Shown here one piece after another: positions 27,866-36,827 of a stretch of DNA of 64,000 bases. Numbering within the stretch: position 1 is the stretch's first letter; each line of letters begins with the position of its first letter. A program made the translations under genes and the position numbers. The notes under the pieces were generated by a model, which worked only from the letters and a program-made list of their open reading frames with translations, was not told the origin of the DNA and ran no database searches. The DNA is from a virus: IMG/VR virus record IMGVR_UViG_3300045988_112739; one strand, written 5' to 3'.

Positions 27866-28243
27866 ATGAATAATATATTTATAATTCTAGCTATGATATT
27901 TTGTCATATAGTAGATGATTATTATTTACAAGGTATTTTCGCAAATATGAAGCAAAAGAAATGGTGGCAAGAAAACGCTCCACAAAAGTTATATAAATAT
28001 GATTATATAGTTGCATTGATAATGCACTCTATGAGTTGGTCGTTTATGATAATGTTGCCTATTGCTATTAGTATGAATTTTGATGTATCTATAATTTTCG
28101 CTATTGTTTTTGTTGGTAACACCATAATTCATGCAGTTGTAGACAATCTAAAAGCAAATAGGCTTAAAATAAATCTTGTCGTAGACCAAAGTATTCATAT
28201 ATTGCAAATAATTATAACTTATATAATATTATATATAATATAA
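27866..28243 (+). CDS. membrane protein (DUF3307-like)
   Basis: About four hydrophobic segments. HIVDDYYLQG near the N-terminus. Confidence 0.45.
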   Translation: MNNIFIILAMIFCHIVDDYYLQGIFANMKQKKWWQENAPQKLYKYDYIVALIMHSMSWSFMIMLPIAISMNFDVSIIFAIVFVGNTIIHAVVDNLKANRLKINLVVDQSIHILQIIITYIILYII

Positions 28244-28266
28244 GCTAAACAAACTGGAGGATATTT

Positions 28267-28662
28267 ATGAGTGATGAAATAATTAAAGTTTTCGATACAC
28301 TTGGTGAAAAATTTGGAATTGTAATTGATTGGGGTCAAGAAAATATTTATCCATATATGCAAGATTTATGTCAAAGAACTGCACAGTGCAAGATTACTAA
28401 TAACATTATAGTATTAATTGTTTGGACAATTATATTTGTATTTAGTATGTGTGGAATTATTTTTATAATAAAGAAATTTCCAAAAGATGTTGGTATGGAC
28501 GCGATAGAAGAAACCTTTCTTGGACTATCTCTATTTGGATTTATTATTTTTAGTGTATTAATCATATTGAGTTTAGTTATGTCGATACAAAATATTAACA
28601 GTATATGCATGTATGTATATGTCCCCGAAAGGGCTTTGCTCGATATGTTGCATTCAATATAA
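28267..28662 (+). CDS. membrane protein
   Basis: Two long hydrophobic segments. RBS tggagga. Confidence 0.5.
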   Translation: MSDEIIKVFDTLGEKFGIVIDWGQENIYPYMQDLCQRTAQCKITNNIIVLIVWTIIFVFSMCGIIFIIKKFPKDVGMDAIEETFLGLSLFGFIIFSVLIILSLVMSIQNINSICMYVYVPERALLDMLHSI

Positions 28663-28676
28663 GGAGATATTGTGTT

Positions 28677-28913
28677 ATGAAAATGTTTACTTGTCTTAAC
28701 ATTGCAGATAGTTGTGAACTACAAACTGTCGCAGAAGCAATAAGAAATATACGGCTTCACTCAAGCTGGACTTTTGATTATGATAAACTTTGGGAAGAGT
28801 TAATTGAGCTAGACGATGAGTTTTTTTATTACGATTTAGATTATGATGATAGCATTGTCACAGCTCTTGAAAAAATAAACAAGAAAGACGACACCAATCT
28901 CAAATTTGGATAA
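28677..28913 (+). CDS. hypothetical acidic protein
   Basis: ATG 28677 lies 9 nt after aaggag. The track start 28605 overlaps the upstream gene. Confidence 0.45.
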   Translation: MKMFTCLNIADSCELQTVAEAIRNIRLHSSWTFDYDKLWEELIELDDEFFYYDLDYDDSIVTALEKINKKDDTNLKFG

Positions 28914-28992
28914 ATATGAAAAATATGGGAATATAGTTAACACTATATTCCCATAAAATATTTTTATAAAAATCAAGAAATTAAAAAATGAC

Positions 28993-29021
28993 TTGACAAA
29001 ATTAATCTTTTGTGATATAAT
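28993..29021 (+). promoter_or_regulatory. sigma70-type promoter P8 (no ORF downstream)
   Basis: aatgaCTTGACAaaa, 17-nt spacer, TGtgaTATAAT. Faces the 3' end of the late arm. Confidence 0.7.
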
Positions 29022-29027
29022 ATAATT

Positions 29028-29152
29028 GTAAGGAACTTCTACACATTCCTTACAAGGCAATTCACTCAAACTATAGAGTGATAAGCTTTATTTCATTTCA
29101 CCGAAATGTCTCCGGCTCTTTTCTTTTCACTGGGGACGTTTTCTTTTTTTTT
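29028..29152 (+). ncRNA. candidate small RNA (~125 nt) transcribed from P8
   Basis: 5' hairpin ttgtaaggaa-10 nt-ttccttacaa (29026..29055). Small hairpin catttc-acc-gaaatg. Terminal stem gtctcc/ggggac followed by gttttcttttttttt. No RBS-preceded ORF. Confidence 0.35.
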
Positions 29153-29174
29153 ATTTAAATATCATTTTTATTCC

Positions 29175-30140
29175 CACCAGCGAAATCACCGCTACGATTA
29201 CACTGCTGTCCATTTAAACCCCCAGTCCCGCAAGTTCCTTGCGGAGTGCGGTCGCCCTAGCTTCTAGTCCAGCAAGCCTGTTTCTGTCCTCATCGGTGGC
29301 ACTTCCGGAAACTATTGCCGCAAGCGGGCGTACGCGCTCACGGTCTATCGCCGCAAATTCCCGTGCTATCTCTGCGGCTCTGAGCCTGCTTTCACGCGCG
29401 GCACGCTCCTCATCGGTCTCGCGCGGTTCGATGATTTCATCATAATTCTGCGACATATGCGTATCCTCCTGTTACCTGTTTGATGTCCGTTATGGTTCTC
29501 ATGCTGGGGCGCATGTCCAGCGGGTCGATGTCGTTTGTGGTGCGCACCTGGTAGTAGCGCTGGCACTTCGCGAGTTCCGTTGCCGGGTCGGGTGGGACGA
29601 ATGATGTTGCCAGTGACCCACTTTCCAGTTTTGTCCACGCGAGTTTCACGGAATCCCCGGCTTCGGTGCCCTTGTTGAACCCGATGGAGACTGCGGAGAT
29701 GTATTCGCCATCTGGCAGGTCGACCGATACCTTGTTCACTCCCTCGCGAAGCGCCAAAGTATAGTAGCTGTCAACGTAATCCCCCGAAGCGTTCACAGTG
29801 CGGATTCTCGCCGACCAGACACCGGATACCTCTGAAACGTTCAGCGAGAGTGTGTACTTCCCGGGCGCAAGAGGGAATTCGATGTTCTGCCAGAACGCAT
29901 GGGTATTTGAAGTCAGCGTTGCTGTAGCAGTCAGGCGGATTCCATTGGTTTCCGGAGCAGCTTTGCACTTATCAGTGGAGATGTACCACCTGTCCACGGT
30001 GTAACCGTCGCTGTACTCACTCAGTCCGCGCTGATTCACCTTGAAATTCGGGTTTATCAGCAGGTTCGGATTGCTTGCTATCTCATTTGCGTGAAGTCCG
30101 TCAAGTGTATCCGCATTGCCGCCATTTGCGGGGAGCGTTG
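29175..30140. other. G+C-rich foreign cassette (fibre distal domain plus small downstream gene)
   Basis: Sampled 60-nt lines give 57-63% G+C here versus 30% just upstream at 30181. The switch falls at the codons for GGNADTLDGLHA. Confidence 0.8.
29214..29456 (-). CDS. small Arg/Ala/Glu-rich protein, possible fibre assembly or chaperone factor
   Basis: G+C-rich ORF overlapping the fibre gene end by 17 nt. Helical, charged sequence. The function is inferred from position only. Confidence 0.45.
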   Translation of the reverse strand: MSQNYDEIIEPRETDEERAARESRLRAAEIAREFAAIDRERVRPLAAIVSGSATDEDRNRLAGLEARATALRKELAGLGV

Positions 30141-30717
30141 TCGGTATATCTTCTTTAGTAGCAATTTCTTTATCAAATAATTTACCTGTAGTTTTAGTTA
30201 TTTCAAAAGCATTGCTTCTATCTTCAGTAGATGTACCATTACCAACGGAAAAAAGAGTGTCAGCATTACTCTTGTTAAACGTTCCAAAAGCTATCTCGTA
30301 ATCATTTTTGTCGGCTATGACATTGTTACCATGCACAAAAGCCCCTTCTTTTAGCGCACTTGAAGTATTTCCTCCCGCATGAGCAAAAAACTTTGATGCT
30401 GTTGTACTATAACCTTCAGTATGAGAATAATCCCCGGTGGCGTCGGTATACGCACCTTCCGAATGGCTTGCCGAGCCATCAGCTTTCGTATATAATCCCT
30501 CTGCATGAGAGTAATTACCATTTGCTTTATTTTGAGTATAATCATTGAAGATTTCAGCATTCACACCTGTACCAGCTTTACCAACACCAGTAACTTCATT
30601 AGCCCCTAAATACAATTTTTTAGTATCAGTTGTATAATAAAAAACATCGTTGTCTTTAGTACTCGCTGCATATTCTGCGGCAGTACCACGAAGAAATTTG
30701 ACTTTATTATCAGCCAT
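29440..30717 (-). CDS. chimeric tail fibre / receptor-binding protein
   Basis: N-terminal KVKFLRGTAAEY...DTKKLYLG fibre motif. Hep_Hag-like repeats (SHAEG, SHSEG, SHTEG). NADTLDGLHA collar. G+C-rich jelly-roll-like distal domain containing ELAKCQRYY. Confidence 0.7.
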   Translation of the reverse strand: MADNKVKFLRGTAAEYAASTKDNDVFYYTTDTKKLYLGANEVTGVGKAGTGVNAEIFNDYTQNKANGNYSHAEGLYTKADGSASHSEGAYTDATGDYSHTEGYSTTASKFFAHAGGNTSSALKEGAFVHGNNVIADKNDYEIAFGTFNKSNADTLFSVGNGTSTEDRSNAFEITKTTGKLFDKEIATKEDIPTTLPANGGNADTLDGLHANEIASNPNLLINPNFKVNQRGLSEYSDGYTVDRWYISTDKCKAAPETNGIRLTATATLTSNTHAFWQNIEFPLAPGKYTLSLNVSEVSGVWSARIRTVNASGDYVDSYYTLALREGVNKVSVDLPDGEYISAVSIGFNKGTEAGDSVKLAWTKLESGSLATSFVPPDPATELAKCQRYYQVRTTNDIDPLDMRPSMRTITDIKQVTGGYAYVAEL

Positions 30718-30802
30718 TAGGCATTTCTCCTTTCATATTCATAATTTAATAAGGGTAATAATTCAACGTTATTAACCTTATTAATATTTTATCTTTTAGT
30801 AA

Positions 30803-31678
30803 TTAAGAAATAGCATCCCAAGTAAGAGCCTCGTCTGCACCATTAATTTTTGTAGCAAGAGTATCAGCAAGGTTCTCCTCTGCAACAGCCTTACCAGCAA
30901 GAGTAGCAGAAATTTCATTGCTTGCAGAAATAGTAACACTTATGCCAGTAGTTTCAGCCTTACCAGTATAGACATCAGCTAAGTCTTTCACATCAATATA
31001 TACGGGTGCTGTCTGATTGGCGATAGTCAGTTTAAGATATGTACCATTGGTAAGACCTGTAACGGGAGCATCATCACTGACAACAATAACTTCACCAGCA
31101 GTTACAACTAAATCCTTGGGAATATCTACTTCAAAAGGAGTACCAGTTCCATAAGTAAACTGATAAGTTTTAAGATATCCCTCGGTAGGAGTTTCCTTTA
31201 CTGTCATTACAAGGTCAGGAACAGTAATTGTACCAACAGTAGTCTCCTCTCCTGCCTTACCCTGTTTAATAGTCTGCTTAGACTTCTCTCCCGCACCAGC
31301 AGTTTCATTAGTAATAGTTACTGTATAATCTACAGCCGCAGGAATTTTAGCAAGTTCAGCAGCTACAAAATCCTTAATTGCCTTTACAGAAGCAAGAGCG
31401 GTGTCAGCAGTAGAATCACCAATTGCAGCTACGGTTTCGGGAACTACAACTGTAGAAGCAGTACCATCATAATAAGTTACAGACTTGTCAGTTGTATTTA
31501 CATAAACCTTTCCTGCAACCATAGTTACGGGAAGAGTATCAACAACCTCAATCTGGTTTGTATAAGATGTTTCGCCCTTAAAAAGCTGTCCCTCAATAAA
31601 ATAAAGGGTGTTAGCATCCTTAGTAGCAAGACCCTTATACTGCGCATAAGTGCCTGTTAAAAACTTTACATTAGCCAT
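30803..31678 (-). CDS. tail fibre-like protein (paralogous N-terminus)
   Basis: MANVKFLTGTYAQYKGL...NTLYFI shares its N-terminal motif with 29440..30717. Confidence 0.55.
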   Translation of the reverse strand: MANVKFLTGTYAQYKGLATKDANTLYFIEGQLFKGETSYTNQIEVVDTLPVTMVAGKVYVNTTDKSVTYYDGTASTVVVPETVAAIGDSTADTALASVKAIKDFVAAELAKIPAAVDYTVTITNETAGAGEKSKQTIKQGKAGEETTVGTITVPDLVMTVKETPTEGYLKTYQFTYGTGTPFEVDIPKDLVVTAGEVIVVSDDAPVTGLTNGTYLKLTIANQTAPVYIDVKDLADVYTGKAETTGISVTISASNEISATLAGKAVAEENLADTLATKINGADEALTWDAIS

Positions 31679-31698
31679 AATAAAATCTCCTTCTTAAA

Positions 31699-31950
31699 TT
31701 AAACGATAGTATCCCAATCAACAGTAGCCATACCGTCACCAACTAATACATAGCTGCTATCTTTATAAATATAGGACTTACTTGTATCAGTATCTATATA
31801 TATTTTATCAGCAAGACCCTGTGTAGGAAATTCAGACTTTTTAGAAAATATAACTTGTGATGTTGCACTTCCACCACTACCGCCAACAGGCGCGTTGCCA
31901 GCAATCTGTTTTAATTCACCCGTTGACTTCTGAAAAATATTTACCGACAT
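31699..31950 (-). CDS. small fibre-associated protein
   Basis: ADKIYIDTDTSKSYIYKDS is related to the fibre N-terminal motif. Confidence 0.45.
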   Translation of the reverse strand: MSVNIFQKSTGELKQIAGNAPVGGSGGSATSQVIFSKKSEFPTQGLADKIYIDTDTSKSYIYKDSSYVLVGDGMATVDWDTIV

Positions 31951-31961
31951 TTAATCACCCC

Positions 31962-34877
31962 TTAAACTATTTCTTCCATTTCATAAATGTATGCTGTACC
32001 AGAACCAACTTGAACAGTAAGTAATCCAGCTGTGGTATATGTAGCAGAGGCAACTACTCCAGAAGTCATTCCATAAAGTTTACCTCTATTAGCAGGAACA
32101 CCGTTACCAAAACAAAATACTCCAGAACTATGATATACACAGAAAGGATTGCCACCCGACATTGTTTGCTTAAAGGTGTTATTCGACGCTTCTCCTGTTT
32201 CTGGAGTAGAAGTTCCTATTAACTTCCATTTAAAAGGGAACATAGATAACATATCGTTTATCTTTTTTACAGAATAAGTTTCTGTTTCAGATGTAGTAGA
32301 TTTATCATTAATCGTTGCCATCTGTTTCCAACCATACCAAGCTTTTGAAGTGGAATTATATCTGTTGGTATATATTTCACCTGAGTTAAACTTAATAGCT
32401 GTAACACCGTATGTAGTTCCCATTTTGCGGACATCAACGATAAAATAAGTTCCAACAACAGGAGTATCAGTAACATTACCGTTGCAATAAATAAATCCCG
32501 AAGCAGGAAGTGTTAATATATAATCTAACAAGCTACCAGAGGTTAAAGTTCCTAAATTCTGAAGTAAATCGGTTGCCTTCTTACCATCAATGCTTCCCGC
32601 ATCAATCTTAGTCCAAGCACTCCAAGTCTGAGTTGAAGCATTATAAATTTTACTATAAAGCAAACTGGGACTACCAAAAGGCTGTACCGAAATTTGACGG
32701 TGAGTAGATGTCGCATTAACAGTACCTATCCAAGCTGCACTATCAATAGGCATACCTGTTACAGCAGAAGATATAGTTACTAAACCCGAAACAGATTCCA
32801 ACGCAAGTGTTTCTATATCTCCAGTAGACCACATTTTTAAATTCTGAACGAAATCGTCAGAATTAGGAATACTCTCGTTTATCTTCTTTGCACTCCAAGT
32901 CTTGTCGGTTGCATCAGCGACACTATCATCAATTAATGCATCAACAGGGGAATACTTCCACGATAAAATTCCAGTTTCATTAACCGCATATTCATAGAAA
33001 TAACCGCGCTGATAGTCCGATGAATTTTCTCCTATATACTGAACGACATCACCCTCGGTAGCAGTGTCAGGCATAACTTTGACCTGTACAGGGTTCTCTA
33101 CGAAGTCATCGGTTATATTAATAACTGCTCCATCTGCAAGAGTGGTTTTATCAAGTGTATTCCACTGTGCCTTAGTCCCGCTCCAAACAGAAATGTATTC
33201 AGGATTCTCTGCAAAGTCATCAGTTATGTTGATAATCGTCCCATCTGCAAGAGTAGTTTTGTCGAGCGCATCCCACTGTGCCTTTGTACCACTCCAAGCG
33301 GGTATATATTCAGATATATCCTTGCCACTTGCTTTGATATTTCCAGTGCCATCATCAAGAAGTATCTGGTTCTCTTTAATGTCAGTATCAGTCAGCTTAT
33401 CAGCTTTACTAGTGATATCAGTAGCCTTTGCATAAAGACCACCATCTGTGCCAACTTCAAGCAAGTTACCCTCGTCAGCAGAGATATTAACTTCGCCTGA
33501 AATTGTATTAGTAGCATCATTAATAGTAAGGGTAACTGTGCTTACCACTGTGCTTGCCTTGTAAATTTTGACGAGTTCATTCATAGACACAAAACTATAA
33601 GATATCTCTGTGTCTCCCTTAACAGCAAGAACTAAAACTGGTTGCCCATCAAGATTAGGGTTAATTGAGTTTGGATAAATCTCTTCACTCCAAATAAAAC
33701 TATTCACAAATGTAGTGTTAGCTTGGTCTAAAAACTGCTCCACAGGAAGATTTATTGTAAAATCAGCTACATCTGTTATTGTTGCATTGGGTTTTTTATA
33801 AAACATTAAAATGTTGTTTGCATATAAAACTGTTTTAATACCAAGACTTTCATCACCATTAACCCATGTTTTCAACTCTGTGGTTAAGTCTGTTATTTTA
33901 GTATCAACTTCGGTGTTGCTATAAGTCTCTGTTTTCTTATAGTAACTGCTTAATTTTGTATCAACTTCCGTTGTTTTTGCATAATCTTTCAGCTTATTAT
34001 CAACGTCTTCCGAAGTATCATAGTTAGTCAAAGCATCGGTAATCTTTTTATCGACAACAGTTGACTTGTCATATTCGGCAAGCTTATTATCTACGTCTTC
34101 GGTTTTTTCGTAACCAGTAAGAGCGGTTGCTATCTTACTATCAACTTCGGTAGAAGTATCATAATTAGCAAATTTGGCGTTTGTGTTAGTAATAGACTGT
34201 TTAGTTTCCTCAAACATATCGTTGGTTTTCTTTGCAGACCAAACCTTGTCAGTTGCTGTAATTGTAGTATCATCTATTTCAACAGAGCCTTTAATAGCAT
34301 TACCATTAAACAGGAGGGTATCGCCTGTATCGTTTGTAGTAAGTTTATCAAGAACTGTTTCTTTATTGTCGTGGGTATGCTTTGCTTTGTCAAGCGGCTC
34401 TATAAAAGCATCTATCTGTGTCTTGTCATAATATTTATCAGGGTCAAGTCCACCACCAGCGCCTTTAAGATTTGGCGTAGTAAACACACCATCTTCATTT
34501 GTTATGTCAAGTTTATATATTTCATTTGTGTTGTTGGGATTTTCTGTGATAGTTGGTGTAAAGCCATTATCACCTTTATCCCCTTTAATTGTATTAATAG
34601 TGCCAGCATCAATTTCAGAGCCATCAGATAATGTCACTATTAATTTATTGTTAGAATCAATGGTAGTACCAACAATAGATACACCATTCTTAACCTCAAA
34701 ACTGGTGGTCTCAACTGTACCACCAGTTCCAGTCCAAGAAAGTGTTACCTTGTTGCCATCAGTAGTAGGCGTTACACTATCAACCCTACAATCTGCACCT
34801 TTAATTGCACCAAGACCCTCAACAGCCTTGTCGGTATATTTTTTAGCTAATGCATAAGTACTAGCAGAAAAAGGCAT
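31962..34877 (-). CDS. large tail fibre protein (971 aa) with internal repeats
   Basis: Repetitive (T/S)EDVDNKL..Y.K.T.VD.K units, a 37-aa tandem duplication, and a beta-rich C-terminus. Confidence 0.6.
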   Translation of the reverse strand: MPFSASTYALAKKYTDKAVEGLGAIKGADCRVDSVTPTTDGNKVTLSWTGTGGTVETTSFEVKNGVSIVGTTIDSNNKLIVTLSDGSEIDAGTINTIKGDKGDNGFTPTITENPNNTNEIYKLDITNEDGVFTTPNLKGAGGGLDPDKYYDKTQIDAFIEPLDKAKHTHDNKETVLDKLTTNDTGDTLLFNGNAIKGSVEIDDTTITATDKVWSAKKTNDMFEETKQSITNTNAKFANYDTSTEVDSKIATALTGYEKTEDVDNKLAEYDKSTVVDKKITDALTNYDTSEDVDNKLKDYAKTTEVDTKLSSYYKKTETYSNTEVDTKITDLTTELKTWVNGDESLGIKTVLYANNILMFYKKPNATITDVADFTINLPVEQFLDQANTTFVNSFIWSEEIYPNSINPNLDGQPVLVLAVKGDTEISYSFVSMNELVKIYKASTVVSTVTLTINDATNTISGEVNISADEGNLLEVGTDGGLYAKATDITSKADKLTDTDIKENQILLDDGTGNIKASGKDISEYIPAWSGTKAQWDALDKTTLADGTIINITDDFAENPEYISVWSGTKAQWNTLDKTTLADGAVINITDDFVENPVQVKVMPDTATEGDVVQYIGENSSDYQRGYFYEYAVNETGILSWKYSPVDALIDDSVADATDKTWSAKKINESIPNSDDFVQNLKMWSTGDIETLALESVSGLVTISSAVTGMPIDSAAWIGTVNATSTHRQISVQPFGSPSLLYSKIYNASTQTWSAWTKIDAGSIDGKKATDLLQNLGTLTSGSLLDYILTLPASGFIYCNGNVTDTPVVGTYFIVDVRKMGTTYGVTAIKFNSGEIYTNRYNSTSKAWYGWKQMATINDKSTTSETETYSVKKINDMLSMFPFKWKLIGTSTPETGEASNNTFKQTMSGGNPFCVYHSSGVFCFGNGVPANRGKLYGMTSGVVASATYTTAGLLTVQVGSGTAYIYEMEEIV
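33091..33311 (-). repeat. two diverged ~111-nt tandem repeats inside the fibre gene
   Basis: They encode YIPAWSGTKAQWDALDKTTLADGTIINITDDFAENPE and YISVWSGTKAQWNTLDKTTLADGAVINITDDFVENPV. Confidence 0.7.
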
Positions 34878-34890
34878 CTTTCATCACCTC

Positions 34891-35082
34891 TTATACTACT
34901 ATCCATGACTGGTCTGCTTCATCATAGAAATAAACCATACCTGTGTCCATTTCTACAAAGGTGCTTCCATTCATGATACGATAACCTTCATACGAACCAA
35001 CAGGTTTCTCGTCTGTACTTTTGCCACTAAGTTCTAATATGCCAGTAAGTGTTCTGCCATTAAAACTTGTTACTGAAACCAT
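34891..35082 (-). CDS. hypothetical protein
   Basis: Short ORF tightly packed upstream of the fibre gene. Confidence 0.45.
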   Translation of the reverse strand: MVSVTSFNGRTLTGILELSGKSTDEKPVGSYEGYRIMNGSTFVEMDTGMVYFYDEADQSWIVV

Positions 35083-35096
35083 GTTATTTCACCTCT

Positions 35097-36239
35097 TCAT
35101 AAATTAGTATTGAACAAGAAGGTATCTTGTTCCTCATTAGAAAGCTCAATAAGTTTATCATAGTACATCCATTTAAGAGGAACACCATTGAGTCTTCCCG
35201 CAGTTTTTTGTTTCCCTTTGCAACAATTACCAATGCATCCTCTTTGTATTTTGTAATGGCGTGCTGCATCAGCTGCCGAATCAAAAACAGCTCCTGTTGT
35301 AATACAAATAACCTTAATGCAATTTTTATTTCTTGACTGTTGCAAAAATCTTTCCACATCGTTATCAGACATTTGTATGTATTCGTCATACCATAATAAA
35401 TGGTGTCCAAGTACATGATTTATTATAGCATCATAATAACTAATTTCTCCATTATTTTTAACATATTTTATTTTTCTTGTTTTGTGATTACAACAAGCAT
35501 AAATCTCCGTTTGCTGTACTTTGTGTGTCCTAGAATATTCTATCGCAGAATTATATACTTTGTTTTCTTCTATGTCATATACCATTTTTGCCATAGGGAT
35601 TTTCTCGTTGTAATCATTCGATAAGATATTTGTCATTTCTATAAATTCTAAAAACTGTTCTTTTGTGTTATTGCCACTGCCATATTTAGCGTGAAAAGCT
35701 TTGTGTAAATCTTTAGTGACAGTTATAGCATTTGTAACATCAAGCCGTTTGTTAATACACCAATTATATCCATCAAGATGATGGACTTCCAACTCAGTCT
35801 CTTTACTTGTTTTACCTGATACTACACAAGTATAGTTATCTCTTGCCATCACACGCTTCACAAAATCTTTATATTCTTGAAGACATCTTTTGTTTTCTCG
35901 TTCATTATCAGACATATCCTTATTCCATCGGTAATTATTTTCTTTAGAATTGAATGTATCACAAGCACATTTGTGACAATAGTATTTCCCATTATGGTTA
36001 CACTGGACATAGTTACGATATGGCAGTTCTAATATTTCGTTACATTTATCACATTTTATCTTAACAGATATTAATGAACTTTTAGGTAAATCTATTACCT
36101 TTACCATAAGTTTTGTGCCGCTAGTTGTAGTCACACCCCACGGCTTTTCGCTTTGTGGTATAATATACCCTAAATTTCTATAATATCGAATGCTGTTGGT
36201 TGATAAACTTACTTCGACCTCTTTTGTAATAAGCCCCAT
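35097..36239 (-). CDS. free-standing HNH homing endonuclease with C-terminal NUMOD/IENR-like DNA-binding repeats
   Basis: HHLDGYNWC...TKDLHKAFHAKYG (HNH). N-terminal Cys pairs. Repeats SAIEYSRTHKVQQTEIYACC and SAADAARHYKIQRGCIGNCC. Confidence 0.7.
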   Translation of the reverse strand: MGLITKEVEVSLSTNSIRYYRNLGYIIPQSEKPWGVTTTSGTKLMVKVIDLPKSSLISVKIKCDKCNEILELPYRNYVQCNHNGKYYCHKCACDTFNSKENNYRWNKDMSDNERENKRCLQEYKDFVKRVMARDNYTCVVSGKTSKETELEVHHLDGYNWCINKRLDVTNAITVTKDLHKAFHAKYGSGNNTKEQFLEFIEMTNILSNDYNEKIPMAKMVYDIEENKVYNSAIEYSRTHKVQQTEIYACCNHKTRKIKYVKNNGEISYYDAIINHVLGHHLLWYDEYIQMSDNDVERFLQQSRNKNCIKVICITTGAVFDSAADAARHYKIQRGCIGNCCKGKQKTAGRLNGVPLKWMYYDKLIELSNEEQDTFLFNTNL

Positions 36240-36455
36240 TTGCTTTACTTCCTTTCTTTATGCAAAAGGAGTTAATCATGACTTTTGCTTAACCAATTCT
36301 CAAAACATTTGTTAAAGTCCTCGTTTCTTTCATATACCCAAAAATGTTTATATGTTATTTTATGTAATCCAGTTAATACATCTTTAAAGCTATGATTTTC
36401 AAAATATTTTTTGATTTATGCTATAATAAATAAATATACTCATTTCTTATTTCCT

Positions 36456-36827
36456 TTACTGAAAAATGTTAGGTAATATAGAATGCAACAAGTATGCAAG
36501 AATCCCTGTCCCTAACGCCCCTAAAACGGCGGCAACAGCCCTGTCTACCCATGCAGCCTTGATTTTGTTTGAATTGGTTTTTAAATCCAGAACCTGCTCT
36601 GTTAAGCCAGACTGCGTTTCTTTGACGGCGGCAATGTCTGTCTTAATATAAGTCATATCTTGTGCAATTAATCTAACAGATGTAGCAATTTCATGTATAG
36701 TCTTGTTTTCCTCTTTAATTGTTTTAATATCGTCTTCAAGGTTATTAATTTTTTCAGTGTTGCTTTTCGCTCTTTCTGCGGTCTCGGTAAGTATCTTTAT
36801 AATGGTTTCATTATCCATTATCATCAC
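36456..36827 (-). CDS. XhlA-like lysis-associated membrane protein
   Basis: Long coiled coil followed by a C-terminal TM segment AVAAVLGALGTGILAYLL. Adjacent to the holin. Confidence 0.45.
   Translation of the reverse strand: MMIMDNETIIKILTETAERAKSNTEKINNLEDDIKTIKEENKTIHEIATSVRLIAQDMTYIKTDIAAVKETQSGLTEQVLDLKTNSNKIKAAWVDRAVAAVLGALGTGILAYLLHSILPNIFQ

Noticed and set aside
29151-29213. A 20-codon hydrophobic mini-ORF (MDSSVIVAVISLVGIKMIFK) starting on the stop codon of 29214..29456.
   Set aside because: It is too short to support from sequence alone, and it overlaps the T-tract of the convergent terminator. It could be a real membrane peptide, so it is noted but not called.
29239-30004. Several 60-90 aa ORFs on both strands inside the G+C-rich cassette (29239..29445, 29366..29638, 29771..29968, 29798..30004).
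   Set aside because: High G+C content suppresses stop codons in all frames. These ORFs overlap the in-frame fibre gene and the 80-aa ORF that continue the operon.
29440-30140. A diversity-generating retroelement as the explanation for the unusual fibre C-terminus.
   Set aside because: The window has no reverse transcriptase gene and no template repeat resembling the distal domain. The signal is a compositional block, not adenine-specific variation.
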